64,000 nt of DNA from Eledone cirrhosa (Eukaryota), in assembly GCA_964016885.1 (NCBI GenBank), contig OZ024743.1, positions 284,022,001 through 284,086,000 of the forward strand. The letters are read 5' to 3'. The position numbers and the translations under genes were made by a program. The number at the start of each line of letters is the position of its first letter. Position 1 is the stretch's first letter. Positions 50,953-64,000 of the stretch are shown piece after piece. The notes under the pieces were generated by a model, which ran no database searches, had not been told where the DNA came from, and saw only the letters and a list, made by a program, of their open reading frames with translations.

Positions 50953-51133
50953 AGTGGTATCAAAAAGTTCCCGGAATAATATATTCACCTATGTTTTAAC
51001 ATCATCTCCTTTGAAATAGTCACCTTGTGCAGCAATATACCGGTCCCAGCATTCCTGTCACTTTTGGAATCCGGCCAGGAAGTTGTTTTCCGTAAGTGAG
51101 TTGAGGACCTTCTGTGATTTGCTCTGGATCTCA

Positions 51134-51135
<2 letters not shown>
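50953..51135 (-). mobile_element. mariner transposase 3' end and terminal inverted repeat remnant
   Basis: Minus strand reads EIQSKSQKVLNSLTENNFLAGFQK*QECWDRYIAAQGDYFKGD followed by TTCCGGGAACTTTTTGATACCAC. Confidence 0.8.
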
Positions 51136-51177
<42 letters not shown>

Positions 51178-51299
51178 TGAGATACACATTCATAAGAAAT
51201 GGAAGAAAGAGTACTCTACCACAATATAGCAAAATAATCTATTTTAGCTAACTCTGTTGTTTATTACTGTGAATTTTATAGATATATATATAGTCATTT

Positions 51300-51345
<46 letters not shown>

Positions 51346-51922
51346 CACACACACACACCTAAACAACAACTTATATTTATCTATTACTGCATCTATCTAT
51401 ATATCTGTTTGTCAAGCAGCTTACCTACCTAACTAGTGAAATGGTGTTATTTATCAGTAGTATTTTCTGCATGAGAAATTGTAAGAAAGGGCAATAAAGC
51501 AACAATTTGATATGCTGTAGTTGTTTTGTTTTTAAATAATATAAAGCTAACAATGAGTCTAAGTAGCATAAGCAGTAGTCATTAGGACACACACACACAC
51601 ATACATACATAAATACAAATATATGTTCACACACACATATACAAGGATTTTGAATAGAAAAAATGTTTAATCAGGAAAGAAGGAAGAAGAGACTGGTGAA
51701 AGATTGATGTGAAATAACATGCAATAAAGAATATCTGCTACCATAGCAGTAGTAGCAGCAGGTTTGATACAAATACAAGCACAAAGAGGAGGTGAGAGTA
51801 GAAAAGACAGGGAGAGAGAGTAAGAAATAGAGCAAAAAGGTGAGAGAACCAACATTGATGGTAGCTTTACACAGCTGTCTAAACGTGATCCTGATTAGCC
51901 TTATTAGAAAACGAAAACTTAC

Positions 51923-52127
51923 TACCGGCTGGGGGAACAACTTGGTCCAGAAGTTTTGGACTGGTTCGTTTCCAGATTTTCTTTATCACAGTTCTAAGTT
52001 CCTCATTTGCTTGGTCTATGTTTCCCTCAGTTTTTATTTTGAGGGATGTGCGTACCAAGGCAAACAAGGTGGCATTAAACATTACTGTTCCATCACTGTT
52101 AAGTGGCATGTTCATACTGACTAAACG
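51923..52127 (-). CDS. Cav1: Cav1 exon, pre-IQ ([32 protein letters not shown]...[10 protein letters not shown])
   Basis: 205 nt, tgcag| and |gtaagt; conserved Cav1 pre-IQ sequence. Confidence 0.97.
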
Positions 52128-52685
52128 CTGCAAATAAATAAATAAATATATATATAAGTAAATATAGAAAGATAGGCAGATAAATACAAAAATAGTAAAT
52201 ATAGAAAGATAGACAGATAAAAAGATAGAAGTAGAGAGAACCCCCCCCCCAAAAAAAAAGAAGATATTTAGAAAGATTTCCATTAAAATGATCTGTCAAA
52301 AATCACATTGGAGGCTTGCTGAGTCATATGGTGGTAGTGTTGGAATGGTTTCACTTCAGTTACTAGTACCCCATTGTGTTGCTGAGTAAGACACTTAATT
52401 CTCAATAAAAGGGTAAAGACCCCTTCTGCTACAAATGACCCTGGGATTTACACATAGAAAGTTCCCCTCCAAGGCTCAAGTCCGGACAAGGTTATTTGCG
52501 GAAGACCAACAGTTGCACATGCATACCAATCTTCCTTTTCCACACCACCGATGTTGTCCAAGGGAAAAGCAATGGCCAATACAGCTTGGCACCAGTGATG
52601 TCACAACTCATTTCTACAGTCGAGTAAACTGGAGTAACATGAAATAAAGTATCTTGCTGAAGGACACTAAGCCATGCACCTTCAC

Positions 52686-52901
52686 TTAACCCTTTACCAT
52701 TTACATTACTCTATATATACTATTGTATTTTTGCAGTAAAGGCTTTATATCACATAATATTGAACTTATGAAATTTTGATATTATATATTTTGAGAACAA
52801 TACATTAACATCAGTATAAGTGGCTAGTTACAGCTGGTTTGAACAGAAAGAGGTGAGAGAATTCTGGCTGGATACGGCCGGTTTATATGCTAAAGTGTTA
52901 A
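52686..52901. mobile_element. piggyBac-type MITE
   Basis: TTAA-CCCTTTACCAT...ATGCTAAAGTG-TTAA; internal sequence shared with 30963-31115. Confidence 0.65.
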
Positions 52902-54710
52902 TTCTCAATAGCTCACAGTTTTTACATAAGTGCAAAGTGTAAGACAAAATGTTGATGAAAAGGAATTTAGTCAGTGAAATTGATATCAGAAGGATGATAA
53001 GAAAGTTAATCTTAGTGGAATTGAACTTGGAGTAAAAGAATTAAACACTGTTGCTCTACCATTTCTGTCATGCCACTACCTTATTCTAATATTAATGATT
53101 TCTTTTATTGAATAATTATGGAAAGTATTGTAAGAAAAGATTAATCCTCAGTATAATACCGTACATATTTTGAATAATATCTTATATGGGCAATGAAGGC
53201 TCACAGAACAAGGTTGTTGTAATTGATGTTTAGCCCCAAGTTATTTTTCATCAAGCAGACTTATGATCAAGTGTAATATGAAAGAAATTTAGCTGCTATT
53301 TTCAACAGCTGAAGTGATTATGAGGAGGATGTCTTCTTGGTTTGTAGAAAAAGTGGTAATGAGAATTGTTGAGGCTTATATGTTTCTCAAGTAATATATT
53401 GCAGGAAATTTGAACTTATTTATCTCTGGGAATTTTCAACAAATATGCTCCCACATTTTCTGAATTCAAGTAGTTTGTAAGATTAGAAAAGGAAAAAGTG
53501 GTTCTATACTGAACTTCTTTTACATTTGTATTATTCCCTTTAATGGGGTTTGCTTTTAGAAAGAAAATGTGTGTATGTCTGAGTGAATAATAAGATTGTA
53601 TGTGTGTGCAATGGTGATGTGTTGGTAGTATTATAAAAAATAGATAATATTGATGTGTCATGATGGGTGTTGTGATGCAACAGGGTGTTAGTGGTAGTGC
53701 TAGATGCTTCCCTCTTTCAGCTAACTCTGAGGGATAATAGGCTCCTGGTAAAAATGTCTATGTCTCCAGCTAATATGTATCTCCTCCAGCATAAGGTTTG
53801 CTGCAGTACCACCCAGTGGTGACACATGATAACTATGCCCTCACAGGCATATACAAAATCTACAAAGGAAGATTGACCTCCAAACTAACTGGTACCACAT
53901 GAACCCATCTCCCAGTTATGGGCAGGTAACCTGTTTACCTCAAAGGTCAGCTCAGTAAAGCAAGAGACTAGAAGGTAACTTCAAAAACAAATACACCACT
54001 GCCAATTGAAGACATTTATAACATTTGTTAATGGAGTAAACAGGATACAAACTGGCAGAAGACAACTGGAAACTACTGTTGTATGAATTCCATGTAGAGT
54101 GATGAATCAAAATCAATTATGGAATCAAGTGAAATGAGTGAATGAAGCAGACGACAACCAGAATCCAGATGGTGTGACTGCATGAGACAGAGAGACACCT
54201 ACACTGAACTGTATGACACCTGATTGATTGACTATTGATTTAAAGGCATTATATGCCAACTGGTGTGTCACTTTACCTGGTGTTGAAACCCCATAGTCGG
54301 ATTGGGATTTTAGACTCTTCTCTACCATGTTGACAGATCAGCAGTCAATTAAATTAACTCCAATAACAATCTGGTATTTTATTTTGTTGAGTCTGGAAGG
54401 TTGAAAAGCAACATTGGTTTCATAGGATTTGAACTCAGAATGTAAAGAGTTGAAACAAATACTGAAAAACTTTTGTTTATTGTTTTAATGATTTTTCTGA
54501 TCTGCTGCCCTGGTTCTATAAAGAACAAACCAATTACATGAATTACTTGGTGACTATCCTTATTCATTAGACTGTTTTCACATTAATACAGAATATTTGC
54601 AGATTCTTATGGGGGTGATCTTGAGTATATTCTGTACTTTATATAAGATTTCCATCTATTCTTTGAGCTTGTCTTTGTCTTGGAGACATAATAAAATAAA
54701 GAGCACCAAC

Positions 54711-54807
54711 CTTACAGGCCACTCTATGAGGACACAACTTGCCAAAACCCAGTGGTGGAGATATTTTTCGCAGTAGGGTTACAACATCTAAATGTTTGAT
54801 TCGGCCT
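54711..54807 (-). CDS. Cav1: Cav1 exon, EF-hand ([32 protein letters not shown])
   Basis: 97 nt, ccag| and |gttggt, frame continuous with neighbours; also visible in ORF 54639..54842. Confidence 0.97.
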
Positions 54808-54946
54808 CTGGAGAAAAACATTGAAAGTAATAATGGTATCATGTCTTGAAAAATTGAATAATATTTAGAAAATTTAAAACAAAGTTGAAATAAACAATAT
54901 ACATAGCTGATTTTTCACTTTTAAGCACTGAGAATATAGATATATA

Positions 54947-55197
54947 AGTATAAAGGATGATATGCTCATCTGAAAGCTGTTATTCAGCAATCGAGTTAAA
55001 AAAAGATGGTAAAGAGTTGTCACAGTCCTTCGGCTTAATGGTTTAAAGCACCTAACCAGTGTCTGGGAGATATGGGGTTCAATTCGCCATAGCAGCTGAT
55101 GGCAACTTCTTTTTCCATTTTTTAATTAAGGGTCTTCATCCTATTTTATAAGCTATTTTATAGCACCTCTGCATATGAACACATCACCCTTTATACT
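54947..55197 (+). mobile_element. tRNA-like core flanked by nested inverted repeats
   Basis: A box GGCTTAATGG (55032), B box GGTTCAATTC (55076); arms AGTATAAAGGATGAT / ATCACCCTTTATACT and GATGGTAAAGAGTTGTCA / TGGCAACTTCTTTTTCCAT. Confidence 0.55.
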
Positions 55198-55207
55198 AAG
55201 TTGATAT

Positions 55208-55708
55208 AGTTAGAACATTTCAGTGTGTTATCTATCTGTCTGGGATGGACACGTGTTAAACTTGCTCGGTAAGTTTTGTTTAAATTTCTTTAGAAATTCG
55301 TCATTGTGAACTTTTATTTTTATACCAATTTGTAGAGGACTGACAGATCAAATTTTGATCTGGTCAGTCTCCCAAAATATTGTGCCCCTCAGGGCAAGAA
55401 CATCCAACATATTTTTGAAAACTTTTTGCAAAACACTTCAATTTTTAAAAGATGGCCGAAGCAAAGGCACTTCTTTGTCAATACAAGATGGGAAGAGGAA
55501 GCCATGCCTACTTGACCAGCAGATAGTAGCAGACAAGAACAAAGGAATGCCAACATTATCGCCTCAGTATTTAGAAGAGGAACAAGCTTCAGTTGCTTGT
55601 AAGCAACTGAACACACTTGACGTCACAAACGTCACATGTATCCACACACAGAAGGAAGAATGTGTAGCAAATACTAACACCACCACAAGCAGCAGCAGCA
55701 GCAGGAGC

Positions 55709-55770
<62 letters not shown>

Positions 55771-58700
55771 CAGAATAAATGAGAACAACAACAATACAAT
55801 AAAAGGAATCAGTGACAACACAACAAATGAGACCATCATCACCACCACCAACAACAACAACAATAACAAAATTTCATTTGCAGCAACCGTTGCTAAGCAA
55901 CAGGATTTTAAATATTACCCCATGGACATTTCGCAAAAGTCCCAATATTTGGAAGAAGCTTCCAACTATGTGACGTTTGAGGGAGACACCCCACACATAC
56001 ACATACCCCCACAAATGAGATGACACAGAAAAAGAAACTGATCTACAGAACAGTTGACATTACTACAAAAAAACCCGTACCACTTCCAACAACACTATAG
56101 AAGCTGCATTAAAAGACATCATGCCAGACGTGGCATACCTTCAAAGAGCTAAACAATATGGAAGTGTGTCAGTGTTCTTTAAAAGCGAAACTCTGGCTCA
56201 AAAACATTCAGTGCTCCCAATAAAAACGGGTCAACACATCTTCCCCACATACATGGGAAGAAGAACCTACAAAATAAAAATAACCAGAATCCCAGCAGAG
56301 GTCAACATATGGTGGATCCTACACTGCATCCTGAAGAAGGGTGAGGACACCCTCCTATCTGTAGACAGGACAGACCGGAATAACTGGTTTGGAACCTGCA
56401 TCGAGGTTCTGGTACAAATGAAGCCAGAGAGAGTAGAACAAATCCCAAACAAAATCATCCTCGAAGAAGAAATTATCGCCATTTTAGTGGATGGGAAAAG
56501 ACCTCAGTGCCATAAATGTGGGAAAACCACACACTTAAAGGCCTTTTTCCCTCTCTTAAACAAACCAAGGAGAAACAAGGTGCTACTACCAACACCAAAA
56601 CCCCAACATTAACATCCCAAACCAAACACAACACAAAAACTTGCAACATCCACTCCCACACCACCACAGACCAGAGACAACCACACACACAACATCCCAT
56701 TGAAAAACCCTCCCTTGCCTACCCCCTCTCTGTCAAATACTTCCACAAACACCTGCACAAACACTCCACCACACAACATACCCCTCCCATCTACCCCTTA
56801 TTCAGAAGTCTCAGACACGGAAACCTTACATCTCCAAGTGAGGATGAAGAGGAACGCCAAAAATCCAAAAAACAAAAAAATCACAAAAGCAAAAACATCT
56901 ACAGAAAACATGCACACACCCAACCTCACCATAAACATACCGCCACAAACGACAAACACACCAACAAAACAAACACCCACACCACCACAATCACAAACCC
57001 CAACCACAAAAAGAAAACTACAAACAGAAACAGTACGCATAAAAAACAAAACATTACATATACATAAAAACAACAAAGAACTGGTAGAAACTGTTCAAAA
57101 GGACCCCACTATTCAAACGGAAGGGAAAACCTTCCCCACCAACGACCCACCCCCAAACCTTAAACTAATCAAGGTAACAACTCTACAACATGAAACATTA
57201 AAAGGGAACTTCCTACATGATGTGGGCCCCCCCTTGCCAAAAACCCCTTAACCGTGTCCTGCTAAAAGGATTCCCTCCTTCCCTAAACACCCCCAATCTG
57301 GACATAGAGATCGAACAAACCGACCTCCAGGAAACTAAAAGGTAAGTGTTCCTGCCTTTTCTCTCCCTAACTCTTCTTCACCAACATGGCCACTATACAA
57401 TTTGGATGTTTGAATGTACATGGCCTGGAAACAGGGCCAGTTTTTAAATGATCTCAGGTCACATTGTATAGATGTGATAGCCATCACCGAGTCCAGGATT
57501 CACGACAAGCAGCAGCTAACCCCCATGTTCGATGAATTTGATATCTACGCATCTCTCTGTCAGCCAGGAGATGGAGGGGGAGTTGCTGTTCTGTTTAAAA
57601 AAAACCTGGATCTCAAAGCACAGACAATTCACTTGGACCCGGAGGGCAGCCTGGTGGTCCTGGACGTGAATGGTAACGAGGGTGCCAAAGTTGTTAGTTG
57701 GGCCCGAGTGGCAGAGGCAAAAAGTGGCAACAAATCCACAATTCAGTCTTTGCAAGATAGAGATGTATGCATTCTACTTGAATCCAAGCAGATGTGCACG
57801 GCCTTCCAGCAACATTTTGCACAACTGTTCAGGCAAAGCGGTACATCGAGCGAGGTGATGGACTTTAGTTCCTACCTCGACGCCGTACCATGACTATCGA
57901 GCACGGATGCAGAGAGCTGCGAAAGGCCGATCACAGCGGGTGAAATAGAAGATGCCCTAGGCCGCTGTGGGAAATGCAAATCACCTGGTTTAGATGATCT
58001 ACCCTATGAGTTTTACATAGGCATGCCAGACTTGTTCTCTGGCGTCCGCGAAGCGGCCTACTGCAACTGGCAGCAGAACAGGAGGATTCCCAGTTCTGTA
58101 GGCAGAGGCATAGTAATGTTGATCAGGAAAGATGAAAACAAGGGGGATGAGATAAGCAATTTCAGGCCTATAACTCTGCTCAACAGAGTTAAAGATATTG
58201 GCCAAGGTGTTAGCAACGAGGCTGGCGCTTGTCGACGAGAACCTGGTAGGGGAAGAACAAACGTGTGCAATCCCGACCAAATCCATACACGACAGCCTCC
58301 ACCTCATGCGATACATCATAGAGAGGGTAGGGTGTAAACCTGACTTCAGTGGGCTCTGATCAATTTAGATCAGTCTAAGGCATTTGATAGGGTCGACCAT
58401 CAATACTTGGAAGCGGTTCTGAAGGCAGCCGGCTTTGGCCACATCTTCACAGGCTGGTTCGCTGCCATACACACCAGCATCTGCATGGCAGTCAAGGTGA
58501 ATGGCTACCTATTGGAGCCATTCCAAATCGTGCCTCCCATCCGTCAGGGATGCCCTCTATCCTCCATTCTGTATGTACTGACTCTCGAGCCATTACTGCG
58601 GAAGTTGGAGCTGTAGCAGGGCATCCCAATGGTGTCAAAAACCTCGGTGTAATGGTGTCAAAAACCTCGGAAATCAGGGTGATTGGCAACCTATTACAGG

Positions 58701-60090
58701 AATACGAAATGTTGACAGGAACAAGACTAAACCCATGCCTTCCGATAGTGTTGTTGGACGCTGGCCGGAAGGACCAGTGAAATTGCTTGGGGTCTGGTTT
58801 CGTCCAGACCTCCAGGTGGACAAGAACTGGAACAAGGTCATGGCGAAGGTATTTGCACTCACCCAGAAGTGGGCTGAGTGCAAACTCTCCTTGACAGTCG
58901 TGCCTTGTCACCGCGAATACCTCTGGAAGAAACAAGCATTGGTGAGGAGATCCATCTGCTGTCAACACCCTTCTAACGGAGGGCTGGGCATGCTGTGGCT
59001 GATGGTGCACAAACACACGCTGAGGCTACGCCATTTCCAGGTATTCCTGACCGGCAAACTCGTGTGGCTGTCGTTTGTGAGACGATCTCTTCCACAACTC
59101 ATCTCACTAACAGAGCTGCAGTCCTGGGTCAAGCAAAGACCGAAAATAGGCGCCTGGCACCTCGAGTGCCTTCAGGCGTTCACAGCCCTCTACCAAACGG
59201 AAACGCAATCAGCGGAGACTCCACTTCAACATTCTATAGGGGATTAGTGGAGGATAAGTGTGAAGACGTTCTCAGGGAAACTCTAGGCACCGAGGAGGAT
59301 GAACTGATCACTCTGTTCGGAGGACTTTCCGTCCAGGACCTATGGATAACTTCCAGAGGTCTCTGGCCTGGCAGTGCTACCAAAGAGCTCTACCAGTTCG
59401 AGACAAAATCTACCGGCACGGACGCCCTGGCAGAGATCCTGCCAAAAGGACCTGTCCAAGATGCGAGCAGGACATCGAAACCGTTCTGCACGCAACCTGT
59501 GGAATTATGTCGAACAGCTACTGTCACGTGTGGGACGCATCCAGTTGTCAGCCGAGTCCATCGTGAGGATCACCCCGCCGCCTTCATTTAAGAATGAAGG
59601 AGAGGCGATTTTCCTCTGTCTGGTGACTATGGCGAAAGAGGTAATATGGTGGATGAAGTTAAAAGGACTGAGGGCAAACACCTTTCTTTCTGAACAACAA
59701 CTCATCCTCTTCTTTAAGTACCACTTCAGAAGGAAGGTGAGAATGGAGAGAGAGGTGCTACACCCCAGTAAATTCGCTGAAAGGTGGGTGAATGTGGCGA
59801 AAATGGGCCGTGTGAATGGGCCTTCTCTGTATATAAACCTGTAGGTTGAGGAAGATAAACAGAGGGAAGACGGGAACACCTACAAAATGTGTTCCTGGTT
59901 TTGAGGGTTGTTCTATCCACGGGATGTAAAACAACCCCGCAGTAGCGTTACCCCCATAATGGGGATTTCAATTGTTTTATTTTTATATAGTTTATTGTTA
60001 TTTATCATTGTTAAAGATTTTATGTAAAACCCCCACCGTCACGTCTTGTAATGTCCCATTTTTGTGCGCCCCTGTGGCAAATAAAGAAAG
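55208..60090 (+). mobile_element. L1/Tx1-clade LINE, probably full-span but decayed (ORF1 with zinc knuckle; ORF2 APE-RT-zinc finger with internal deletions)
   Basis: ORF1 CHKCGKTTH; ORF2 from 57386 MATIQFGCLNVHGL, ITES, KSPGLD.LP.EFY, NFRPITLLN, LDQSKAFDRV, IRQGCPLS, GGLGM, CPRC...ETVLH; AATAAA at 3' end. Confidence 0.92.
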
Positions 60091-60645
60091 ATATCTACAT
60101 AGGCTTAAATTCAACTTGAAGTATTTATCTAAAATAAAATACATTATATAGTTTGTCCTGATGAAGAAATAATGATGTATTCTTTTGAGAAGGTACGAAG
60201 TCAATTTCTGAAGTAGGAGATATATAATTAATTGGTCAATTGTTATCATCATCATCATCATCATCATTTATATATTGATTATTTTTAACAGGGCACAAGA
60301 AGGCCAAACATGTGACAGGGGAGATGTGATAGTTAATTTAATCAATTTTGGTACAATTTAAGCTTAGAATATTGATAAACAGAATTTTAAAAATCCGTTT
60401 TTTCTTAGTAGACCTTTCCACAAACTCTGAAGAGTGGTGTCTATGCTAACCCCCCCATCAAACTGGAATTAAGTGGCAGAATATTTAAGTTGTGACTTAA
60501 TTTCTACTTCCAGTTCTGTTTTCCTAACTTAGAAAATGTTTTTGAGTAATGTGTCAATGACACACCTCCCCATTTTCATACTTTATGAATTTAACATTAT
60601 AGAATTCTATGGAAAAAATGATGTGTAGAATTGAGAGTTTATTTA

Positions 60646-60774
<129 letters not shown>

Positions 60775-61908
60775 CTAAGAAAGAAAATATCAAAATTTTG
60801 TAATGTTTGCTGGAAAAAAATTATTCATACATTGCAGAATAATAAGCAATACCTTAGCAAATCTAACAAATAAATCCATTAAAATCAAATGATTTCCAAT
60901 ATTATCCCTTTAAAAGTTTTTTTCAGTTAAATTTTTAAAGATGTTTTTTAGATATATGTAATGTAGTACTAGAAAACTAAATTTTAGAACACAAATATTT
61001 TTGCTCCATCAAATTACTTTATATCAAAGTAGAAATTCCAAATATATAAATAAAAACTTAAAAAACTGAAGTCAGGACTTTAAGTAAAATGTGGCCAACT
61101 GCTGTAGAATTTGTTATAAGTAAATAAATTAATTTCTATTTCTATTTTTAATTACCAATTATGATTAAGAGATGAAGGGAAAGATTTTAATACTGATAAT
61201 GAATTATTCTCTGCATGAGTATGTACAGAAAGAACATTATCATCCCTTCTGTCTTATATTTGAATATACTATTTCCAAATTTATCACAAGCCAGACATGC
61301 CTGTATAGTTGTAGGCTTGGCTGTGTGATTAAGAAGTGTACTTTACAGCTATGTGGTTTCATGTTCAATTCTATTACACAACACCAAAATCAAATGTCTT
61401 CAACTAGTCTCAGGTTTTCCAATACACCTGAGTGAAATTCTGTCATATATACAGGTATGTGTATATATTTTGTTAATGTATACAGCAGTAAGCAGGATCA
61501 ATAAACCAATGCATCTGAGTTCCATAAACATTCACTTGTTACTCTTATCATTAGAAATGTTGTGATCCAGTGATTAGCCCTCTTAGTAAGATATAGCCAA
61601 CAGTGTTAGTGTTTACAAAACACGGTATATAAAATGCATAAAATAAGCCATATAAAAAGGCTCCAGATAGTTGCTTACAATTAGTGGACATCATGTGACA
61701 CAAGCAAGATACATCACTAAATTTTGTTTGGATCAGTCATCTTTTTAAGTAAACCCCAGAATCATCAATTCCTGATGACCACAGTATCATTGCCAAAAGT
61801 AACATTATTAGATTTGTTATAGATCTTAAAATCCTCATATTATAACATTTAATTATTTATTTACAGTATTACAGCTTTGAAACAGGGAAAGCTATTAAAA
61901 ATACTTAC

Positions 61909-62065
61909 CAAAAATGAGCAGAGAATGTAGAATGAAATGAAATAAGGATATGCAAAGTTGGTACCACAATGCGTGTTATTAGTTTTGGCAAGTTTGTCAC
62001 AATACACATCATGGCCGTCTACACAAGAAAGCATTACTTCTTGCCACGCTTCACCCGTGGCCGAC
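61909..62065 (-). CDS. Cav1: Cav1 exon, domain IV selectivity filter and start of S6 ([14 protein letters not shown]...[20 protein letters not shown])
   Basis: 157 nt, gttag| and |gtaagt sites, TGEAWQ filter glutamate present. Confidence 0.97.
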
Positions 62066-62148
62066 CTAACAACAGAAATAAAGGTGTTTTTTTAATACAA
62101 TATATATATACATGTAACAATAAAAAATAGACATTATTATTATTATTA

Positions 62149-62346
62149 AGGCGGTGGATTGGCAGTATCGGTAGAGGGTCGGACGCCATGCTTTCCAGCA
62201 TAGTTACGTCCCTTTACGATCTGAGTTCAAATCCCGCCGAGGTTGACTTTGCCTTTCATCCTTACGGGGTAGATAAAATAAAGTACCAGTAATGCACTAG
62301 GTAATTGCTGGCCTTGTGCCTAAAGTAGAAACAATTATTATTATTA
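62149..62346 (+). mobile_element. Full-length SINE family B copy in (ATT)n
   Basis: Most intact copy, GGCGGTGGATTGGCAGTATCGG...GTAGAAACAATTATT. Confidence 0.92.
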
Positions 62347-62963
62347 ACACTTTCACTTCCCATTCACAACTTCTATGCATTTCAGTCTCATCACTGTTTT
62401 TCTGAGCTCCAACAAGTCATCGCTTTCAAAAATTTATAAGGTCAACATTAGAGTTATTTTTATTTTATATATTCAGATGGTATATGAAAATATTGAAAGT
62501 AAGAGGTGTCAACCATTTCAGCCAACAAAAGAAATAGTCTTATGATTTGGAATGACAAATTACAAAGTGCACCACTGCTCTAATAGGTTAAAGGAGAAAA
62601 GATGGATACTTTCAATAAAAAACATTATTCAAGCCCTAAGTGATAGACTTAATTTATTGCCTTATTTAACACCACCACCTGGTCCTTGGTTGCTATAGCA
62701 GAGTCCACTGTATTGCAAGCATTTGGGCCAGGTCTCCAGTTTGAGGATGCCTTCCTCTCTTTCTCCCACCAGTCTTGGAGATCCTGAAAAGGGTCACTGC
62801 CCTTTTGGCTCTGACTAAACAATGAAAAATATAATTCACACTTCAAAGATGAATCTTCTGGGAACAATCAATCAAAACAATCAAATAACAATAGTATACT
62901 TAGAATATATAGAAACATACATAGTAGTGGTAGTGAAAGGGAATATTACAGTAGTAATTTTAC

Positions 62964-63055
62964 CTGAATAGTACAAGAACAGCTTGTGGAAAAGTCTGGA
63001 AGTTGTTATTGCTATGAATCTCAGTCGACTCATTTAGTGCGATTCGACCAAATGT
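62964..63055 (-). CDS. Cav1: Cav1 L-type calcium channel alpha-1 exon, domain IV S5-P loop ([31 protein letters not shown])
   Basis: AG/GT-bounded 92-nt exon; [12 protein letters not shown](V)LFR is the Cav1 domain IV pre-pore motif; phase 2 end matches next exon. Upstream exons lie beyond the window end. Confidence 0.95.
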
Positions 63056-64000
63056 CTATTTAATAAATATACATAAATGAGAAGATATTTTCAGAAGATA
63101 TATATATATAATACAGTAATTTCAAATGTGAATCTATTGTGATATTTTGATTAAAACAATTATTTTAAATTTGATTAAATAATTTGATTTAATCAAAAAC
63201 TGATTCTTTTGCATATTAAAAACAACAACAAAATAATTTGATATCACTTCCTTTGGGTTGAAATATCAAACACCTATATAATTATTACATGAATATTAGC
63301 CATATTTTAGATATGTTAACAATAAAATTAAACTGTGACATTACCCGCTTTGTATTGTAGTATCAATAGCTCATACCATATCTAAACCCAAGAATTTGGC
63401 CACAAAGAAACCAAAAACATGAATTTCAGTGGTAAAAAAAACAACATCCTTTAGCATGCTGAAAGTGTGTTCTTTCAATATTCCAACAGTCATTTTTCTC
63501 AAACCAGTTAACCAACTATCAGTTCAAAATTGATATCACTTTTCTACACTATATACAAATATAGTGTACATCATCATCATTATTGTTTAATGTCTATTTT
63601 CCATGCTAGCATGGGTTAGGAGTTTATCTTATAATTATAATATCTGTTACAAAATTGTATGTAGTATCATACATCAATTGTATTCATCTTTAACTTTACA
63701 GGGATTGAGCCTTGTCATTTGGAAAATGGAATGTGAATGGGTCTCTGAAGCATGTTTTGTGCAATAGTATTGTTATCTTAACAAAAAATTGCAATATTGT
63801 TCTACAAAAAAACAAAACAAAAAAAAACATTTCTATTTCACTTTGGTACACTGGTTTACACATTTCCAAAACATTATAAACAAATCTTTTTGCAGTTTTA
63901 AACAACAATCAATTTAAATATGACACCTACTGCATCACACTAATCTAAAATAAAATTGATATATTTCTAATTTGTGCATATTTATATGATTATATATGTA

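Noticed and set aside
60158-60195. CTGATGA followed by a weak hairpin
   Set aside because: No GAAA box or stem III.

Overview
AT-rich animal genomic DNA, not prokaryotic. The repeat content (RTE/CR1/Tx1/Penelope elements, tRNA-SINEs, dense (TA)n tracts) suggests a coleoid cephalopod such as Octopus; this is an inference. The whole window lies inside one minus-strand gene, the 3' part of an L-type voltage-gated calcium channel alpha-1 subunit (Cav1). I reconstructed 13 GT-AG exons by hand that splice in frame from the domain IV pore loop through IVS6, EF-hand, pre-IQ/IQ and PCRD to the DCRD. The rest is intron filled with retroelements, MITEs, fold-backs and microsatellites; most ORFs in the supplied track are spurious. 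Best leads: (1) a Penelope-like element with a ~600-bp inverted repeat whose two arms each carry a hammerhead-ribozyme fold with a U3-A8 core, one copy sense to the Cav1 pre-mRNA; (2) a tandemly duplicated LINE 3' UTR with a one-directional A-to-G skew resembling fossil ADAR hyperediting; (3) candidate microexons (22 nt and 14/11 nt, 17 kb apart, in frame as a pair) and candidate truncating exons that would remodel the Cav1 C-terminus; (4) a separate minimal hammerhead. All were read by eye and need RNA-seq, folding or database confirmation.
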